A DNA stretch of 63,211 bases, counting the filler, from Octopus bimaculoides (taxonomy: Eukaryota): assembly GCF_001194135.2 (NCBI RefSeq). It is 5 parts of 4 records of this genome, joined end to end, with 100 filler letters (N's around TTAATTAATTAA, not from the genome) between each part and the next. Parts side by side here need not be neighbours in the genome. Positions count along the whole stretch, not along the records: positions 59,619 to 63,211 come from NC_068982.1; 4 more parts are not named here. One strand, written 5' to 3'. A program made the position numbers and the translations under genes. Below the pieces are notes generated by a model that saw only the letters and a list, made by a program, of their open reading frames with translations, did no database searches and was not told the DNA's origin. Below are positions 60,954 to 63,211 of the stretch, in pieces (positions within the stretch are counted from its first letter, which is position 1; each line of letters opens with the position of its first letter).

Positions 60954-62846
60954 AATTTAAATGTAATAATAGGTTTTAAAAGAAATNNNNNNNNNNNNNN
61001 NNNNNNNNNNNNNNNNNNNNNNNNNNNNNNNNNNNNNNNNNNNNNNNNNNNNNNNNNNNNNNNNNNNNNNNNNNNNNNNNNNNNNNNNNNNNNNNNNNNN
61101 NNNNNNNNNNNNNNNNNNNNNNNNNNNNNNNNNNNNNNNNNNNNNNNNNNNNNNNNNNNNNNNNNNNNNNNNNTATATATATATATATATATATATATAT
61201 GTGCAGATATATATACACATATATACATGCATACACACATACATATATATATTCCAACATCCATTATCTTTTTCAACTTCACTTTTTTCATCATTATAGC
61301 CACAAGTATTTACAAACTAAATTGTTATATTAACAACTATTTTTCTGTTTTTACTTATTTTTCTACCTTATACTTAATACATACTAACGAATATTAGTTC
61401 TTATGCAAACATAAGTACTCTCTCTTTAACCCCTTTTACCTCTCTAACACTTGCTTACGTTAACTATCTAGTAGCTCTTTATACACTATCTCCTCTAGAT
61501 TAGCTTCATTCTCATGTATTATTTTTTTTTTAATATACACCTCACTAAGTATTATTTTTAACTGTCATGTCATATCTTAATTCAGATATAGTCATGCCTT
61601 TCCATTGGACATTTCTATATAATTTTTGCACTATGCTACTTATTCGGAGTTAAAATTTCTAATCTCCTTACCCATCTATAGAGTGAACGTCTCTGAAACC
61701 TCTTTTACTAATATTTTCAAATAACAGCTGTAGCCTTTAGTTATAGTTAATACCTAACTGGACTCACGTCTTTTTTTTAAAATCTCCTAGATTCTATTCT
61801 ATTTCCTTTCTCAAGTTCTTTGTAAAAAAATTTGTTTATACTTCTTGCACTGAAGAATACATTAATATATAATTAATTTATTTAATTAATTATATTTTAT
61901 TCAATTCAAATTTGTATGATTTTTATATCTGTACGAAGCGATCGTCTGCTTGAATTAAAATTCTCTTATAGATTTTAACATCTTCTCTTCTCCAGTTTTT
62001 ACTAAATTGTTGAGTTTATGGGATCTCTTGCCATAAGTTCACAACACATCTTATGCAAATATATATATATAAAATCAAAATAAGCAACAGGATATCATGT
62101 AGTGATGCAGTACGACTGTTTCAAGTGGCTCCATTTAAATGAACAATGTAATCATTACATCAATTTAAATACAGTGCCATCTTCTTCTGCACAAATAAAT
62201 AAATAGAATTTTAACCAGTAGGACACATTAGTATAATTTTTTTCAAATATTTTAACAGAGAAAGAAGATGGAAGAAATTCATGTTGTCGCTACTGTACCT
62301 AAGAATAGACTACACTTCCAAGAACCGCATGAAGCCTATTGGGTCATAGTGTTGGAAGGAATTGTAATTGATTTCTAATTCATTTATCTCTTTATCAGCT
62401 ACTAAATCTAGGACTAAAAGACTGTGTCTATTTTAAATAAAGGACAAGAGTGAGTTCACAGCTCATGGCTAGGTATGGTCATAAATATTATCATATGTAT
62501 CCCTTTTTCTCAGGGAGGAAAAATGCATTAGGCATAGTCAATTGGATATAAGTAACTGTCTATAAAAAGAGGCTGGGTAGGGGAAGACTTCAAATCATGG
62601 TGCTAATTATCAGTTAATGGCGCTAAGATACCTAAGATGTTAATACAGAGGAAATTCTATTTTGAGGCATTATGGGTGATTGTTTATAAACAATATTGTT
62701 ATATTGTATAAAAATAAAATCTAAGATTTTCAAAATGATATCATAGCAAAAATAGATAAAATGTGTGTGTATATCAATTATAAACATTAAAGATTACATA
62801 GAATCAGTTTAATATTCATTCATATACATATATATGCATGTATATA

Positions 62847-62960
62847 TGTAATGTGAGATAACAGTTTCACTTTTAATAGTTTCACTATTAATAGTTTCAC
62901 TATGTATATATTATATACATAGTGAAACTATTAAAAGTGAAACTATTATCTCATATTACA
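62847..62960. repeat. AT-rich hairpin with a 15-bp duplication in one arm
   Basis: GAGATAACAGTTTCACTTTTAATAGTTTCACTA...TAGTGAAACTATTAAAAGTGAAACTATTATCTC. Confidence 0.8.
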
Positions 62961-63180
62961 ATAGAGATGCTATTGTTTCACTTTTGACACGTAATACCGA
63001 AACGCTGTAAAAGATTGCTACGGGCTTGCATTAGGCAAGAAGTTGAAAATCCTTTTGACCCGTGACACCCCATGGACCCTAAGTAGTGCATGTGTAAAAT
63101 TCGAATGAAACCGGTTGGGTAGTTCTCCAGTTTTAGTGATGCACACATGCAAGCACACAGACAGACGCACATACGTCAGT

Positions 63181-63211
<31 letters not shown>

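Noticed and set aside
457-61303. Long ORFs containing X runs
   Set aside because: They stay open only because they cross N gaps.
61300-62050. Possible degraded LINE ORF2 on the minus strand (also 37780-38060)
   Set aside because: Compositional impression only; no motif could be read with confidence.
62239-62375. tttaacag|AGAAAGAAG as the missing terminal PTGS exon (EKE...)
   Set aside because: In the required phase it reads EKEDGRNSCCRYCT* with no YGD/STFGG similarity; also on a different scaffold piece.

Overview
AT-rich, microsatellite- and SINE-dense animal DNA with the repeat signature of an octopod cephalopod (inferred from the SINE families; species not determinable). The window is five assembly pieces joined by four identical artificial 100-bp linkers (44 N + TTAATTAATTAA + 44 N), so gene adjacency across them is not guaranteed. 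Two partial host genes lie on the + strand. (1) The last three exons of a bacterial-chitobiase-type GH20 beta-N-acetylhexosaminidase with an added hydrophobic, GPI-signal-like tail (18619-27004). (2) Three internal exons of a cyclooxygenase (PTGS)-like gene (35812-44244) whose splice positions match vertebrate PTGS, which keeps the heme-ligand HWH motif but has Leu in place of the catalytic Tyr385. The rest is mobile DNA: a full-length Chapaev3-type DDE transposon with TIRs and TSD, several DD37D (maT) and other Tc1/mariner copies, R4/Dong-like and Tx1-like LINE pieces, a Penelope-like endonuclease split by a solo LTR, a Gypsy-like 5' end, MITEs, four tRNA-headed SINE families, minimal hammerhead-ribozyme motifs (one as a head-to-head palindrome), several long hairpins and minisatellites. 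Most ORFs in the supplied track are microsatellite or N-gap artefacts.
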